Assembly (NCBI GenBank): GCA_963785325.1
Contig: CAWAVC010000025.1
Location: forward strand, 202,051 to 266,050
From: an uncultured Bacteroidales bacterium
Lineage (GTDB): Bacteria > Bacteroidota > Bacteroidia > Bacteroidales > FEN-979
DNA: 64,000 bases
Direction of reading: 5' to 3'
Below are positions 1 to 10,499 of this stretch, one piece after another. The stretch's first letter is position 1; each line of letters starts with the position of its first letter. The notes under the pieces are model-generated. The model had not been told where the DNA came from, did not search any database, and worked only from the letters and a program-made list of their open reading frames with translations. The translations under genes were made by a program, and so were the position numbers.

Positions 1-216
1 AATGAAAATAAAAATATAAAACATTGCGTCAAGTAAAGATAGAACTATAGAACAGAGGTCGATATCCAGTCACGATAAGGAATTTTATTTTTTATTTCCT
101 AAGGAATATTGATCAACGATTTTTGAAGTCAGAGCGAAATTCAGAATGTCAAGATGGCAAGATAGTAAAATGGTAAAATGGTAAAATTAAGTTCAGCTAT
201 TTAAGTGGCTAAGACT

Positions 217-1179
217 CTATTCCTTGATCCATTTCCCGGTCTCAATAATCCTGTCGTTAAAAACGATTCGCCAGACATAGGTCCCTGAAGGCAGAGATTT
301 CGTCTCCAATGTTGTTCTTCTTTTATCGAGTGTTTTAGCAATTACCTGTTTCCCTTCAATGGAAGTCATCATGAATTGTGCTCTTGAAATTTGCGGACCT
401 GATTCAATGATCAGGTAATCTGAACCGGGGTTGGGAAAAACAATGGCATCGTGAACCGATGGGTCTGTTTTGTTATCGTTTACACCGACCAATCCGTTGT
501 GATCCACTTTAATTACATAGACATCTCTTTCATTAACCTGTGTTACAGAATCATAAATAGATCCAAACAACAGACAACCACCGTCTTTTGTAGCTCTGAT
601 ACCCATTAATACATAATACGCATTACCCCCATAGAATTTTTCCCATCTGACATTTAGTAAAGAATCCATATTGGTAAGTGAGAACCAACTAATTTGGTTA
701 CAAATTTCATATTGGCAAAAGTTATGTGTGCCACCAATATATATGTTATTTGTATCAATATAATCAAGATTCTTCCATTTACCTGGCCATTCAATAGTGT
801 CATGATCACCTATATAAAGTTCATGATTAAGGGAGTAACTCGTATCAAGTGAAAAAACACCGATACAACGATCGTTAGGAAATGGTATGGAATCCTTTCT
901 CCCGGTGAGGATAAATGTTTTTTTATTAATCCATTTGGAATTTAATGTTTCTGAAAGTTCATGAGGCACACCAGTAACATTTACGATTGAAAATGAATTG
1001 TCAAGATCGAGAATTGCTTCATTATAATTTGCCCACATAGAATGATATCCGGTAAGGAACAAGGTTGAATTTGTTTTAACATTGAATCGTTTCCTCAACT
1101 TAGCCATCATCTTGGCAATTGCAGATTCAGTAATGAGTATTTTCTCCGCAATTTGTTGCAAATTCATATCTTGTAACAT
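217..1179 (-). CDS. T9SS C-terminal sorting-domain protein with an N-terminal LuxR/GerE-type HTH remnant (chimeric or decayed gene)
   Basis: C-terminus VFPNPGSDYLIIES...GTYVWRIVFNDRIIETGKWIKE resembles a Por_Secre_tail sorting domain. The N-terminus (KPREKEILSL)MLQDMNLQQIAEKILITESAIAKMMAKLRKRF is a GerE-type HTH whose first helix lies upstream of the only ATG. No signal peptide. Confidence 0.5.
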   Translation of the reverse strand: MLQDMNLQQIAEKILITESAIAKMMAKLRKRFNVKTNSTLFLTGYHSMWANYNEAILDLDNSFSIVNVTGVPHELSETLNSKWINKKTFILTGRKDSIPFPNDRCIGVFSLDTSYSLNHELYIGDHDTIEWPGKWKNLDYIDTNNIYIGGTHNFCQYEICNQISWFSLTNMDSLLNVRWEKFYGGNAYYVLMGIRATKDGGCLLFGSIYDSVTQVNERDVYVIKVDHNGLVGVNDNKTDPSVHDAIVFPNPGSDYLIIESGPQISRAQFMMTSIEGKQVIAKTLDKRRTTLETKSLPSGTYVWRIVFNDRIIETGKWIKE

Positions 1180-1288
1180 GAGCGAAAGGATTTCTTTCTC
1201 CCTTGGTTTAAGAAAGGGCTCATTTTTATTTGAATAAAAGGCTATTACTTTTCCTTTTCTGACCGATTAATCGGGAAATGCCAGGGGG

Positions 1289-2125
1289 ATGGTTATAAAC
1301 CGGACTATTTTATGTTTCGTTTTCTTTGTTTCCAATTGTGTTTATGCTGCCGGAGATTACAAAGCCACAGGTGGCAGGGCTGCTGCTTTGGGCTATACGT
1401 CAGTAAGGCAATCGGATGAATGGTCGGTGTTCAACAATCAGGCCGGATTGGCATGGTGCAAACAGTTCAGTACCGGTATCTATTTCGAGAATCGTTTCTT
1501 TTTAGAAGATCTTAGCGGGAAAGCCCTGGCTTTAACGCTTCCGGTTGGTAAAGGCGCCTTTGGCGTTTCCTTTTTTCAGTTTGGGTTTTCCCTGTATTCC
1601 GAGATGAATACCGGTATTGCTTACGGAATGCATCTGACGAAAAGGTTTTCCGCCGGAGTACAGGCAGATTACCTGCGCCTGCATGTGGCCGACGGTTTTA
1701 AAGATAACAGTGTTTTTTCCTGTGGGATCGGGTTGCAATTCAGGGCCAGTGACCACCTTTGGCTCGGATTGCATATTGCTAACCCTGTTCCGGTAAAACT
1801 CTCTCCTTTGGCTAATGACAGACTTCCTACCCTTATGAGATTCGGGATAAGCTGGAGAATCTCTGAAGTACTGCACTGCGATGCCGAGGTGGAAAAGGAT
1901 CTTATTCTTAAACCGTCATTGAAGGCAGGAATTGAATATTGTCCGATAAAATCATTTTCCATCCGTATGGGATTTCTTTCTAATCCGGCAACGTTCACTT
2001 TTGGATTTGGACTTGCGATCGGGAACCTGCAGTTTGACCTGGCGTCATCGTATAATTTGATACTGGGTTATTCACCTCAGGCGTCGATGGTTTATTATTT
2101 CGGAAAGGTCAAAGCGGGAAAGTGA
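1289..2125 (+). CDS. outer-membrane beta-barrel protein (FadL/PorV/PorQ-like signature)
   Basis: Hydrophobic N-terminus ending VYA. GGRAAALGYTSV...FNNQAGLA motif. Alternating beta-strand pattern throughout. Confidence 0.45.
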   Translation: MVINRTILCFVFFVSNCVYAAGDYKATGGRAAALGYTSVRQSDEWSVFNNQAGLAWCKQFSTGIYFENRFFLEDLSGKALALTLPVGKGAFGVSFFQFGFSLYSEMNTGIAYGMHLTKRFSAGVQADYLRLHVADGFKDNSVFSCGIGLQFRASDHLWLGLHIANPVPVKLSPLANDRLPTLMRFGISWRISEVLHCDAEVEKDLILKPSLKAGIEYCPIKSFSIRMGFLSNPATFTFGFGLAIGNLQFDLASSYNLILGYSPQASMVYYFGKVKAGK

Positions 2126-2130
2126 GTCAA

Positions 2131-2733
2131 GTTGGGTGTTGGGTGTTGGGTGTTGGGAATCAGGCACTGGGTACTGGGCACTGGGTACTGGGTACTGGGT
2201 ACTAGGTACTGGGTACTAGGTACTGGGTACTGGGTACTGGGCACTGGGTACTAGGTACTGGGTACTGGGTACTGGGTACTGGGTACTGGGCACTGGGTAC
2301 TAGGTACTGGGTACTGGGTACTGGGTACTGGGTACTGGGTACTGGGTACTGGGTACTGGGTACTGGGTACTGGGTACTGGGTACTGGGTACTGGGTACTG
2401 GGTACTGGATACTGGGTACTGGGTACTGGATACTGGGTACTGGGTACTGGGTACTGGGTGCTGGGTACTGGGTACTGGGTACTGGGTGCTGGGTACTGGG
2501 TACTGGGTGCTGGGTACTGGGTACTGGGTACTGGGTGCTGGGTACTGGGTGCTGGGTACTGGGTACTGGGTACTGGGTACTAGGTACTGGGTACTGGGTG
2601 CTGGGTACTGGGTACTGGGTGCTGGGTACTGGGTACTGGGTACTGGGTGCTGGGTACTGGGTACTAGGTACTGGGTACTGGGTACTGGGTACTGGCTACT
2701 GGGTGCTGGGTACTAGGAACTGGATACTGGATA
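2131..2733 (+). repeat. heptamer tandem array, about 85 units of GGGTACT (variants GGGCACT, AGGTACT, GGGTGCT, GGATACT; begins with 3x GTTGGGT)
   Basis: Direct reading. The array starts 6 nt after the stop of the preceding ORF. It is open in all six frames, which produces the artefactual ORFs at 2486-2753. Confidence 0.97.
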
Positions 2734-2821
2734 TTAGCTATTTTCCAATATAGAGAGGGAGGAGAGGTGATACAAAAAATATTTTTATATGTAGTTATTG
2801 TTTGAATTAGTAAAAAAGCCT

Positions 2822-4897
2822 ATGAAAAGTGTACTGGAATTCTGTCTGGCATTACTTTTTATTATTCCTGTTGACGGACATTCACAGGATGAAAACCGGG
2901 ATCTACTCGAAAGAATGACAGAAAAGTTATCAGAAACATCTGATAAACCTATCGACTTTTCAGAAATCTCAGAGTGTCTTGACCACCTGAAAGACCATCC
3001 TATCAATCTGAACAACACGACCCAGGAAGAGCTCAGTCAATTAGTGTTCCTGGATGACAGGCAGATCAGCAATCTCATCCGGTACATTGTTACTTATGGA
3101 ACAATCTATTCTGTATATGAACTCAAAGTGGTAGATGGTTTTGATTCTGCAACCATTCGAAAAATTCTACCCTACGTGTCCATTGGGCCGGAAAAGGAGA
3201 AACATCCAATCAGGATAAATGATCTACTGAAATCAGGAAGACACCAACTTGTGATAAGAGCCGGGCAGGTTGTCCAGAAGCAGGCCGGATACCATGTTTC
3301 AGATTCACTGCTTAAGAAGAATCCCAATGCCGGATATGAGGGTAGTCCTGCGAGACTTTATTTCCGCTATTCCTATTCCTTTTATAATCGTCTTTCGATA
3401 GGCTTCAGCGGACAGAAAGATGCCGGTGAACAGTTTTTCAGGGGAGCTCAGAAATATGGGATGGATTTTTATTCCGGGTATATCAGTCTTCAAAATACAG
3501 GCATACTCAAACAGATTACGATCGGTAATTTTAATGTTGACTTTGGACAGGGACTTACTTTCAGTTCCGGCATTTCAGCGGGAGCCATTCCAGGAACGGG
3601 AAACGTAAGAAGATATGCACGGGGCATCGTGCCAAGCCAGTCGGTCAATGAAGAGAATTATCTCCGGGGAATTGCCATGGTGTTAAAAAAATGGAAATTC
3701 AGGTTATCCCTTATCTGTTCAACTCATAAGCGAGATGCAAATGTGACGGGGGTAGATACGGTTACCGGCGATGCTGGAATCGTTAGTTCATTTACTGAAA
3801 CCGGATATCACCGGATCCCAAGGGAAATTGAAGACAAGAATTCCATCCGTGAATCCATCCTGGGAGGCAATGTCAACTTTAAGAACTCTTTCTTTTCCAT
3901 CGGTTTTACCGGTTTCCATAGCCACTGGAGCGCAGACCTGGAGCCAAAGATCTATCCCTACAACCTTTTTACTTTTCATGGAAAGGAAAACATGAATGCC
4001 GGGGTTGATTTCCAGGTCGCGTTGCCTGATATATATATATCCGGCGAATGTTCCCGAAGCAGGAATGGAGGAATGGCATTTGTTTCCGGTATCCAGTTTA
4101 CTCCCGATCCAAGGATGATGTTTTCTGTTTCATTGCGTGACTATCAGCGCAATTACCAGGATCTTTTATCAAATGCGCCAGGACAAAACAGTTCAAATGA
4201 AAATGAAGAAGGGGTACAGGTTACCTTCAATGCCGGGATTGCGCCAGGTTTGGGTTTGACCGGCTATGCCGATATTTACCGGTTCCCCTGGCTGAAGTAC
4301 AGAACCGACAGCCCATCCTATGGAAGTGAATATCAAATGCAGTCAAATTATACTGCCGGCAGATTTATTAAGATGTTCTTACGACTCAGGATCAGGTCTA
4401 AACAGATTAATAGTACTGAGGCATCGCGGCCGGTCAATGTATTGCAAGAAGAAAAAATAATCACGCTGCGTTACCAGGCTGATTGGCAGGTAACCGAATT
4501 TTTGCTTTTAAGAAGCTGTTTTGATTGGCTGCAAAACCGTTATAAAAAATCCACTCCAGCTTATGGTTATTTACTCAGCCAGAACCTCGTGTACAAACTC
4601 CCGGTACATCATTTTTCATTTATTTTACTTTATGCCTTGTTTGATACCGACTCCTATAACGAAAGGATCTATTCTTATGAAAGTGATGTACAGTACAGTA
4701 ATTCAATTCCTTCTTATTATGGGAAGGGAATTCGTTGTATGATCATGATCGATTGGGCGCCTTATCACTGGTTTGATTTTTCCCTGAGATACGGACAGAC
4801 CTGGTATTCCGACAGAAACGTAATTGGTACCGGTCTCGACCAGATCAACGGCAGTACAAAATCGGAAGTAGAGTTGCAGTATAAGATGAGGTTCTGA
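2822..4897 (+). CDS. helix-hairpin-helix domain-containing outer-membrane protein
   Basis: Signal-like N-terminus MKSVLEFCLALLFIIPVDGHS. ComEA-like HhH segment INLNNTTQEELSQLVFLDDRQISNLIRYI. Long beta-rich region ending ...QYKMRF. ATG 2822 preferred over TTG 2798. Confidence 0.6.
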   Translation: MKSVLEFCLALLFIIPVDGHSQDENRDLLERMTEKLSETSDKPIDFSEISECLDHLKDHPINLNNTTQEELSQLVFLDDRQISNLIRYIVTYGTIYSVYELKVVDGFDSATIRKILPYVSIGPEKEKHPIRINDLLKSGRHQLVIRAGQVVQKQAGYHVSDSLLKKNPNAGYEGSPARLYFRYSYSFYNRLSIGFSGQKDAGEQFFRGAQKYGMDFYSGYISLQNTGILKQITIGNFNVDFGQGLTFSSGISAGAIPGTGNVRRYARGIVPSQSVNEENYLRGIAMVLKKWKFRLSLICSTHKRDANVTGVDTVTGDAGIVSSFTETGYHRIPREIEDKNSIRESILGGNVNFKNSFFSIGFTGFHSHWSADLEPKIYPYNLFTFHGKENMNAGVDFQVALPDIYISGECSRSRNGGMAFVSGIQFTPDPRMMFSVSLRDYQRNYQDLLSNAPGQNSSNENEEGVQVTFNAGIAPGLGLTGYADIYRFPWLKYRTDSPSYGSEYQMQSNYTAGRFIKMFLRLRIRSKQINSTEASRPVNVLQEEKIITLRYQADWQVTEFLLLRSCFDWLQNRYKKSTPAYGYLLSQNLVYKLPVHHFSFILLYALFDTDSYNERIYSYESDVQYSNSIPSYYGKGIRCMIMIDWAPYHWFDFSLRYGQTWYSDRNVIGTGLDQINGSTKSEVELQYKMRF

Positions 4898-4990
4898 GAT
4901 CAGAAATAATAAATTTGTTCACAATAAGTGAACTTTTATAGCAAATGACCATATATTTGCATTCTGTTGATGATTATTAAGACAATTTAG

Positions 4991-5440
4991 ATGAAAACGT
5001 TGAAATATAAGATAATCAAATCCCTAAAGCAGTATCAACAGTATTGCAAAACATTAGAGATACTGGTTGGTACAAAGTCAAAGAGTAAAGAGGTCAGGGA
5101 TGAAATTGAACTTTTGACTTTTTTAATTTTTAAATGGGATTCTGAAAATTCTTCTACCAAGGATCTTGATCCAATTGAACTGTTTCATTCGCTTATGAAG
5201 GAACATAATCTCAGAGCCAAAAACCTGGTCAATATATTAGGCGTAAGTAAAGGGATGATCTCGGATATTTTAAATTACAAAAAAGGTTTATCAAAGGATA
5301 TTATCCGAAATCTGGCTGGATATTTCAAGGTTTCCCAGGAAGCTTTCAACCGCACTTACAAATTGAAAAATCCTGTAAATTCCCGGTTACAGGATGCAAG
5401 TTTGATGAATACGTCCAAAGAGCTTGAAATGATTTATTAA
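4991..5440 (+). CDS. XRE-family HTH protein, HigA-like antitoxin (no partner toxin ORF seen)
   Basis: HTH segment NLVNILGVSKGMISDILNYKKGLSKDIIRNLAGYF preceded by a helical N-domain, as in HigA-type antitoxins. Confidence 0.5.
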   Translation: MKTLKYKIIKSLKQYQQYCKTLEILVGTKSKSKEVRDEIELLTFLIFKWDSENSSTKDLDPIELFHSLMKEHNLRAKNLVNILGVSKGMISDILNYKKGLSKDIIRNLAGYFKVSQEAFNRTYKLKNPVNSRLQDASLMNTSKELEMIY

Positions 5441-5460
5441 ACTATAACCTATCGGGTAAT

Positions 5461-6039
5461 TCACTTTAATAAAATTTCCAGTACAACATTCGCCTGCATA
5501 TTTGCGACCATCCCCACCCTTGGGGCAATTGGAGGTAAATCAGAGGTAATTTCAGAGATTTCATCTCCACAGATAAACATATTATCGACCTGCCGGCAAT
5601 GAATAGTATCATTTCCGCCCCACCCTGCTACACCAAGTCCCACAATGAGTGGTTTTTCAGGAAATGTCGTAAGAATGGTTCCGATGAGTATCTCTTTTTG
5701 ACCAGCCTGGTCAAATGCTTCTACGATGACATCGCAATCCTTGAAGAGAGCAGGAATATTTTTCTCCGTAAGACGGATCTTGTGAGAAATTACATTTACT
5801 AATGGATTGATCTTTTGAATATTTTCCTTTAATGCATCTACCTTTGGTAACCCGATCTGGTCATAGAAAAAATACTGACGATTCAGGTTGCTCTCGCTTA
5901 TCACATCAAAATCAGCGATGATCAGGGTACCGATCCCGACCCTGGCAAGTGCCACAGCGCAATTGGATCCAAGTCCACCGGCGCCTGCAATCCCGACAAT
6001 TTTTTGCTGAAGGATTTTTTTTATCTCATTGAAGGTCAT
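5461..6039 (-). CDS. thiF: ThiF-family (family 2) adenylyltransferase
   Basis: Rossmann motif IVGIAGAGGLGSNCAVALARVGIG, DFDVISESNLNRQ, about 190 aa. Start moved to the internal Met (MTFNEIKK). Confidence 0.7.
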   Translation of the reverse strand: MTFNEIKKILQQKIVGIAGAGGLGSNCAVALARVGIGTLIIADFDVISESNLNRQYFFYDQIGLPKVDALKENIQKINPLVNVISHKIRLTEKNIPALFKDCDVIVEAFDQAGQKEILIGTILTTFPEKPLIVGLGVAGWGGNDTIHCRQVDNMFICGDEISEITSDLPPIAPRVGMVANMQANVVLEILLK

Positions 6040-6242
6040 GGTGTGGTTTGAGACTAAAGGATGATGGACAAAGACCAACACCTCACCTCCAGACTCCCTC
6101 TCCTGAAGGAGAGGGGGTAAGATAGATGTGACTTGATCCCAGACAAAAATAATAAATCCGGATGAATGAAAATCACTAACTTTGCAATAGTATCCTGAAA
6201 TGTAACTTATCCGGAAGTATTTTCTATCAACTCAACCTTACT

Positions 6243-7976
6243 ATGTCAAGAAGAAAATTGCTCATAAGGGATTTGACTTTGCGTGATGGACAGCAATCCC
6301 TTTTTGCCACTCGGATGACCCAGGAGCAGGTCGACCGTGTTCTACCTTATTATAAAGATGCGAAATTTTATGCCATGGAAGTCTGGGGCGGCGCTGTTCC
6401 CGATTCCGTTATGCGTTACCTGGGTGAAAATCCATGGGAGAGGTTAGAAAAAATCAAAGCAGCTATCGGAGATGTTTCGTTTCTGACTGCTCTTTCAAGG
6501 GGAAGAAATCTTTTTGGATACAATCCTTACCCGAATACGGTCATCGAGGGGTTTAACCGGAATGCCATTCGTTCAGGCATAGGGATCATGCGGATTTTCG
6601 ATGCCCTGAATGATCTCGATAACATGAAATCCACCATAAAATATGTGAAGGAAAATGGAGGATTGGCCGATTGTGCTTTGAGTTTTACTGTGGATCCGAA
6701 ATTTTCAACAAAACAAAAATTCCATTCATGGATAAAGCTGAAATCCCTTCCCCATCATATTTTCACCCTGGATTATTTTACAGGTAAGTCAAAGGAACTC
6801 GAAGCCATGGGCGCCGATATGATAAGTATCAAAGACATGGCCGGGCTTATAACTCCTTCAGTATCCGGGCAACTTGTCCGCAAACTAAAGGAAGAAGTCG
6901 GGGTTCCCATTGATTTCCATACGCATTGCACACCGGGATTCGGTCTTGCTTCAGTGCTTATGGCAATCGTCAATGGAGCTGATGTGGTTGATACCTCCAT
7001 CTGGAATTTTGCAGGAGGGCCTGCTGCTCCTGCTTTTGAGCTCATTCAGATCTTTGCCGACCGCATGGGAATTGACACGGGGGTTGATCTGGATGCTGTT
7101 GTTAAAATCAATAAAGAGCTCAGGGTCATCCGGGAAGAATTGGGAGATTTTGATACCTCCCGTCAGTTTCCAAAGGAGTTCGATATCACAAGAGACAAAC
7201 TTCCCAGGGAAATTAACCGTCAGTTCACCAAAGCCATCTATATGGCAATACACGAAAAGGAAGAAGAGCTGCTGGAAGCCTGCCGTGAGATTGAAGACTA
7301 TTTTCAATTTCCCCAACCGGATGAAACAATCCGGAAAGCTGAAATACCAGGGGGAATGTACACGAATATGCTGGCCCAGTTAAAACAACTCAAAATGGAT
7401 CACCTCTTCCCAAGGGTACTTGAGCTGGTTCCCCTTGTAAGAATAAAATCGGGGTGCCCTCCTCTTGTTACACCGACCAGCCAGATTGTCGGGGTTCAAG
7501 CAGTGAACTGCGTAATCGACGAAAACAAAGGACAACCTTTCTTTACCACAAAATCAATCCAGTATGTCAACCTTGTAAAAGGTCTTTATGGCAAAACACC
7601 TATTCCGATAGATCCTGATTTCAGGGAACATCTTACCGGAGTCAGAGAAGAAACCTCCTATGATTCAAAGAATTATAAAAAGCAGGAGAATACGGTCTTT
7701 GAAGATTACGGCGACATGAAACTGGCACAGAATGAAAAGGAAGAACTGCTGCTGGAACTGTTCCCGACTGTTGCCCGCGATTTTCTGACCCGGTGCGTCG
7801 AAGAAAGATACACGGAAAATATATACAAGATCGAGGAAGAAAAACGTCGGAAACAACAGGAAGCACACGATGCCTATGAAAGACTTACTCCCGAAGAAAA
7901 ATTCAAACGTATCGAAAAAGGTTTGTATAATTATCCATGGCTTTCATATCCGGATGAAGACCTGGGAAGATCTTAA
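6243..7976 (+). CDS. carboxyltransferase, oxaloacetate decarboxylase alpha / transcarboxylase 5S-like, without a biotinyl domain
   Basis: N-terminus LIRDLTLRDGQQSLFATRMT...AMEVWGGA is typical of the HMGL-like pyruvate carboxyltransferase domain. No AMKM biotinylation motif. Confidence 0.7.
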   Translation: MSRRKLLIRDLTLRDGQQSLFATRMTQEQVDRVLPYYKDAKFYAMEVWGGAVPDSVMRYLGENPWERLEKIKAAIGDVSFLTALSRGRNLFGYNPYPNTVIEGFNRNAIRSGIGIMRIFDALNDLDNMKSTIKYVKENGGLADCALSFTVDPKFSTKQKFHSWIKLKSLPHHIFTLDYFTGKSKELEAMGADMISIKDMAGLITPSVSGQLVRKLKEEVGVPIDFHTHCTPGFGLASVLMAIVNGADVVDTSIWNFAGGPAAPAFELIQIFADRMGIDTGVDLDAVVKINKELRVIREELGDFDTSRQFPKEFDITRDKLPREINRQFTKAIYMAIHEKEEELLEACREIEDYFQFPQPDETIRKAEIPGGMYTNMLAQLKQLKMDHLFPRVLELVPLVRIKSGCPPLVTPTSQIVGVQAVNCVIDENKGQPFFTTKSIQYVNLVKGLYGKTPIPIDPDFREHLTGVREETSYDSKNYKKQENTVFEDYGDMKLAQNEKEELLLELFPTVARDFLTRCVEERYTENIYKIEEEKRRKQQEAHDAYERLTPEEKFKRIEKGLYNYPWLSYPDEDLGRS

Positions 7977-7977
7977 G

Positions 7978-8088
7978 AAAATGAAGAATGAAGAATGAAG
8001 AATGAAAAATGAAGGATGGAGTATAAAGAATGAAGAATGAAGAATGAAAAATGAAGAATGAAAAATGAAGGATGGTGGATTGAATGAC
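7978..8088 (+). repeat. heptamer array GAATGAA (with GGATGGA variants)
   Basis: Direct reading. Starts at the stop codon of the preceding gene. Confidence 0.9.
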
Positions 8089-8198
8089 ACCGGGCGATAT
8101 GCAGCATTTACCCTATCGAACTTTTTGAATGACTACTAGTTACATTGATCTTTTTATTATTTTTACAATCGGAATCGTTTGCTTTAAATCCGATCGTT

Positions 8199-10361
8199 AT
8201 GAAACTTGAAGAATTCACGGAGAAACACAAACTACTCGCAACTTACAAGTACACCTGGGCTCCAATCGACAAAGGTTACAATAACCGTACGCTATACGTT
8301 AATGTGGGTGATCGCACGTTCAAAGAGAAGCCGATCACACAGGAAATGAAAGATAAATTTATCGGAGGGAAGGGATTTGACCTCCGGCTTTTGTGGGATG
8401 CTACTCAACCCCAGACAAAATGGAATGATCCGGAAAACGAGATCGTTATTTCCGGAGGGCCTTGTTGCGGAATCACTCAATATTCGGGAGCAGGGAAAGC
8501 CATTTGTTGTGCTATCAGTCCGGAAACCGATATTGTCATCGACTCCAACGTGGGGGGGTACTTTGGTCCCTTTCTGAAATTCTGCGGGTTTGATGCCATT
8601 GAATTGCAAGGAAAATCGGATCAGGAAATCCTGATATTATTGGATGAAGAACGTGAAGTCACCGAGATCTATGAAGCCGGTGATTTGCCTTCTGATAGTC
8701 ATGTTCTCGGAGAAATACTTCATGAGACATTTGCAAAGGAAAACAACGAGAAGGACAAAATAAATGTGGCTGTTGTCGCTGCGGGTACAGCTGCGGAGCA
8801 TTCGCTCATCGGGATGCTAAATTTCACCTTCTATGATATGAAACGCAAGCTGGTCAGGCTGAAACAGGCTGGTCGCGGGGGGATTGGCACGGTTCTTCGC
8901 GATAAGAAAGTGAAGGCGATGGTCGCAAAGGTTAAGTCTATCGGAGGCAACCGTAACAATGTGGCGAATCCTGAAGCTATCCAGGAACGCGGACGCCGCT
9001 TTAACAAAGAGATGCGCGAGTTGGATGACCAGCAGAACGAAATGCGTTCAAAAGGAACAGCCCACCTCACCCTGATCATGAATGACTATGATCTTTTACC
9101 GGTTAAAAATTTTCGCTTCGGGAGCCATCCTGATGCTGTAAGGATAAGCGGGGAAGTCTGGAAATCGCACTTTACACAAAATGTACCCGATGGATGCTGG
9201 ATAGGCTGCAATATGGCCTGCGCCAAAGGTGTGGATAATTATGAACTGCGTACCGGTCCATACAAAGGAGATAAGGTAATTGTCGATGGACCCGAATATG
9301 AAACAACTTCTTCACTGGGATCCATTGCCGGGATCTTTAACCCGGATTATACCATCGAAGCAAACTTTTATTGTGATACTTATGGTATCTGCACTATCAG
9401 TTGGGGAACCATCCTTGGTTTCGTCATGGAATGTTATGAGACCGGTATCCTGAATGAGGAGCGTACAGGGGGACTGAAACTTAATTTCGGGAATGCCGAT
9501 GCAGCCATGAGCCTTCTGCACCAGGTATCAAAGGGTGAGGGATTTGGACTCATCGCCGGACAGGGGGTCAGAAAGATGAAAGAAATCTTTGCAAAGAGCG
9601 GCTGGGGAGATCCGAAATTTATGCAGGACATAGGAATGGAAAACAAAGGCCTGGAGTATTCACAATATGTTTCCAAAGAATCACTTGCCCAGCAGGGCGG
9701 ATATGCAATGACAAATAAAGGTCCGCAACACGATGAAGCATGGCTGATCTTTATGGATATGGTAAATAACCAGATACCTACATTTGAAAAGAAAGCAGAA
9801 GCGCTTCATTACTTCCCGATGTTCCGGACCTGGTTTGGCCTGGCAGGATTCTGCAAACTTCCCTGGAATGATGTTGAGCCCGAAGACAATCCCAAAACTT
9901 CCGAACCCGCAAAAGTACCCGAGCACGTCGACAATTATGTGACCATATTTAATGCTGTTACAGGCAAGAACATAGATAAAACCGAATTGTTAAGGCAATC
10001 GGAAAGGGTTTATAATTTTCAGCGGATCTTCAATCTTCGCAGGGGCTATGGCATGCGGCAGCATGATGCTCAGCCTTATCGTGCATGCGGACCGGTGACA
10101 AAAGAAGAGTATGAATCGCGTGCTGAACGTTATAACAAACAGCTTTTAGAGAAGGTAAACTTTGACCCTGCGGGGAAAACAACTGAAGAGAAGATGGCAA
10201 TGCTGAGGAAATACAGGGAAGACCAGTATGAGAAACTATTGGATGCGGTTTATGAGCGCCGCGGATGGAATAAAAACGGAGTTCCAAAGATAGAGCATCT
10301 GAAAAACATCGGCATGGATCTGCCGGAGTTGATTGAGACCGTGACACCGTACCAGGAGTAA
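8199..10361 (+). CDS. aor: aldehyde:ferredoxin oxidoreductase family protein (tungstopterin enzyme type)
   Basis: AOR N-domain (NRTLYVNVGD..., GGKGFDLRLLWD), GRGGIGTVLRDKKVKAMV, and C-terminal domains with EYETTSSLGS and GICTISWG motifs. Start moved to MKLEEF. Confidence 0.85.
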   Translation: MKLEEFTEKHKLLATYKYTWAPIDKGYNNRTLYVNVGDRTFKEKPITQEMKDKFIGGKGFDLRLLWDATQPQTKWNDPENEIVISGGPCCGITQYSGAGKAICCAISPETDIVIDSNVGGYFGPFLKFCGFDAIELQGKSDQEILILLDEEREVTEIYEAGDLPSDSHVLGEILHETFAKENNEKDKINVAVVAAGTAAEHSLIGMLNFTFYDMKRKLVRLKQAGRGGIGTVLRDKKVKAMVAKVKSIGGNRNNVANPEAIQERGRRFNKEMRELDDQQNEMRSKGTAHLTLIMNDYDLLPVKNFRFGSHPDAVRISGEVWKSHFTQNVPDGCWIGCNMACAKGVDNYELRTGPYKGDKVIVDGPEYETTSSLGSIAGIFNPDYTIEANFYCDTYGICTISWGTILGFVMECYETGILNEERTGGLKLNFGNADAAMSLLHQVSKGEGFGLIAGQGVRKMKEIFAKSGWGDPKFMQDIGMENKGLEYSQYVSKESLAQQGGYAMTNKGPQHDEAWLIFMDMVNNQIPTFEKKAEALHYFPMFRTWFGLAGFCKLPWNDVEPEDNPKTSEPAKVPEHVDNYVTIFNAVTGKNIDKTELLRQSERVYNFQRIFNLRRGYGMRQHDAQPYRACGPVTKEEYESRAERYNKQLLEKVNFDPAGKTTEEKMAMLRKYREDQYEKLLDAVYERRGWNKNGVPKIEHLKNIGMDLPELIETVTPYQE

Positions 10362-10380
10362 GCCGTGACGTAAAGTTTGT

Positions 10381-10435
10381 GAATAGTGAGAAGTGAGAAG
10401 TGAGAAGTGAGAGGAAATAGATGAGAGTTGAAGGA
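10381..10435 (+). repeat. heptamer array AGTGAGA/GGTGAGA
   Basis: Direct reading. Confidence 0.85.
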
Positions 10436-10499
10436 AATTAATTATTTTGTAATTTGGTGGCGGATAGAATGATTAAAAAGTCATCAAAAAAACAAAATC

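Noticed and set aside
2131-2733. Telomere or end of a linear replicon, suggested by the TTTAGGG-like GGGTACT repeats
   Set aside because: The arrays are internal, numerous and flanked by ordinary genes on both sides. The resemblance is only in unit length and the G3 tract.
6040-6242. TPP riboswitch upstream of thiF, and Moco riboswitch upstream of the AOR, wtpA-like and moeA genes (7977-8198, 12554-13009, 17181-17818)
   Set aside because: I could not find the conserved cores (CUGAGA / ACCUGAUCUGGAUAAUGCCAGC for TPP; the GCCUCCGAGCC-type core for Moco) by eye. These regions are mostly repeats or AT-rich. A covariance-model scan would be needed to exclude them fully.
6773-7383. Antisense and out-of-frame ORFs of 60-160 aa inside large conserved genes. 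Other examples are 8292-8609, 28009-28746, 38851-41550 and 42494-44609.
   Set aside because: They overlap ORFs with clear conserved-family signatures and have low-complexity or atypical composition. I treat them as shadow ORFs.
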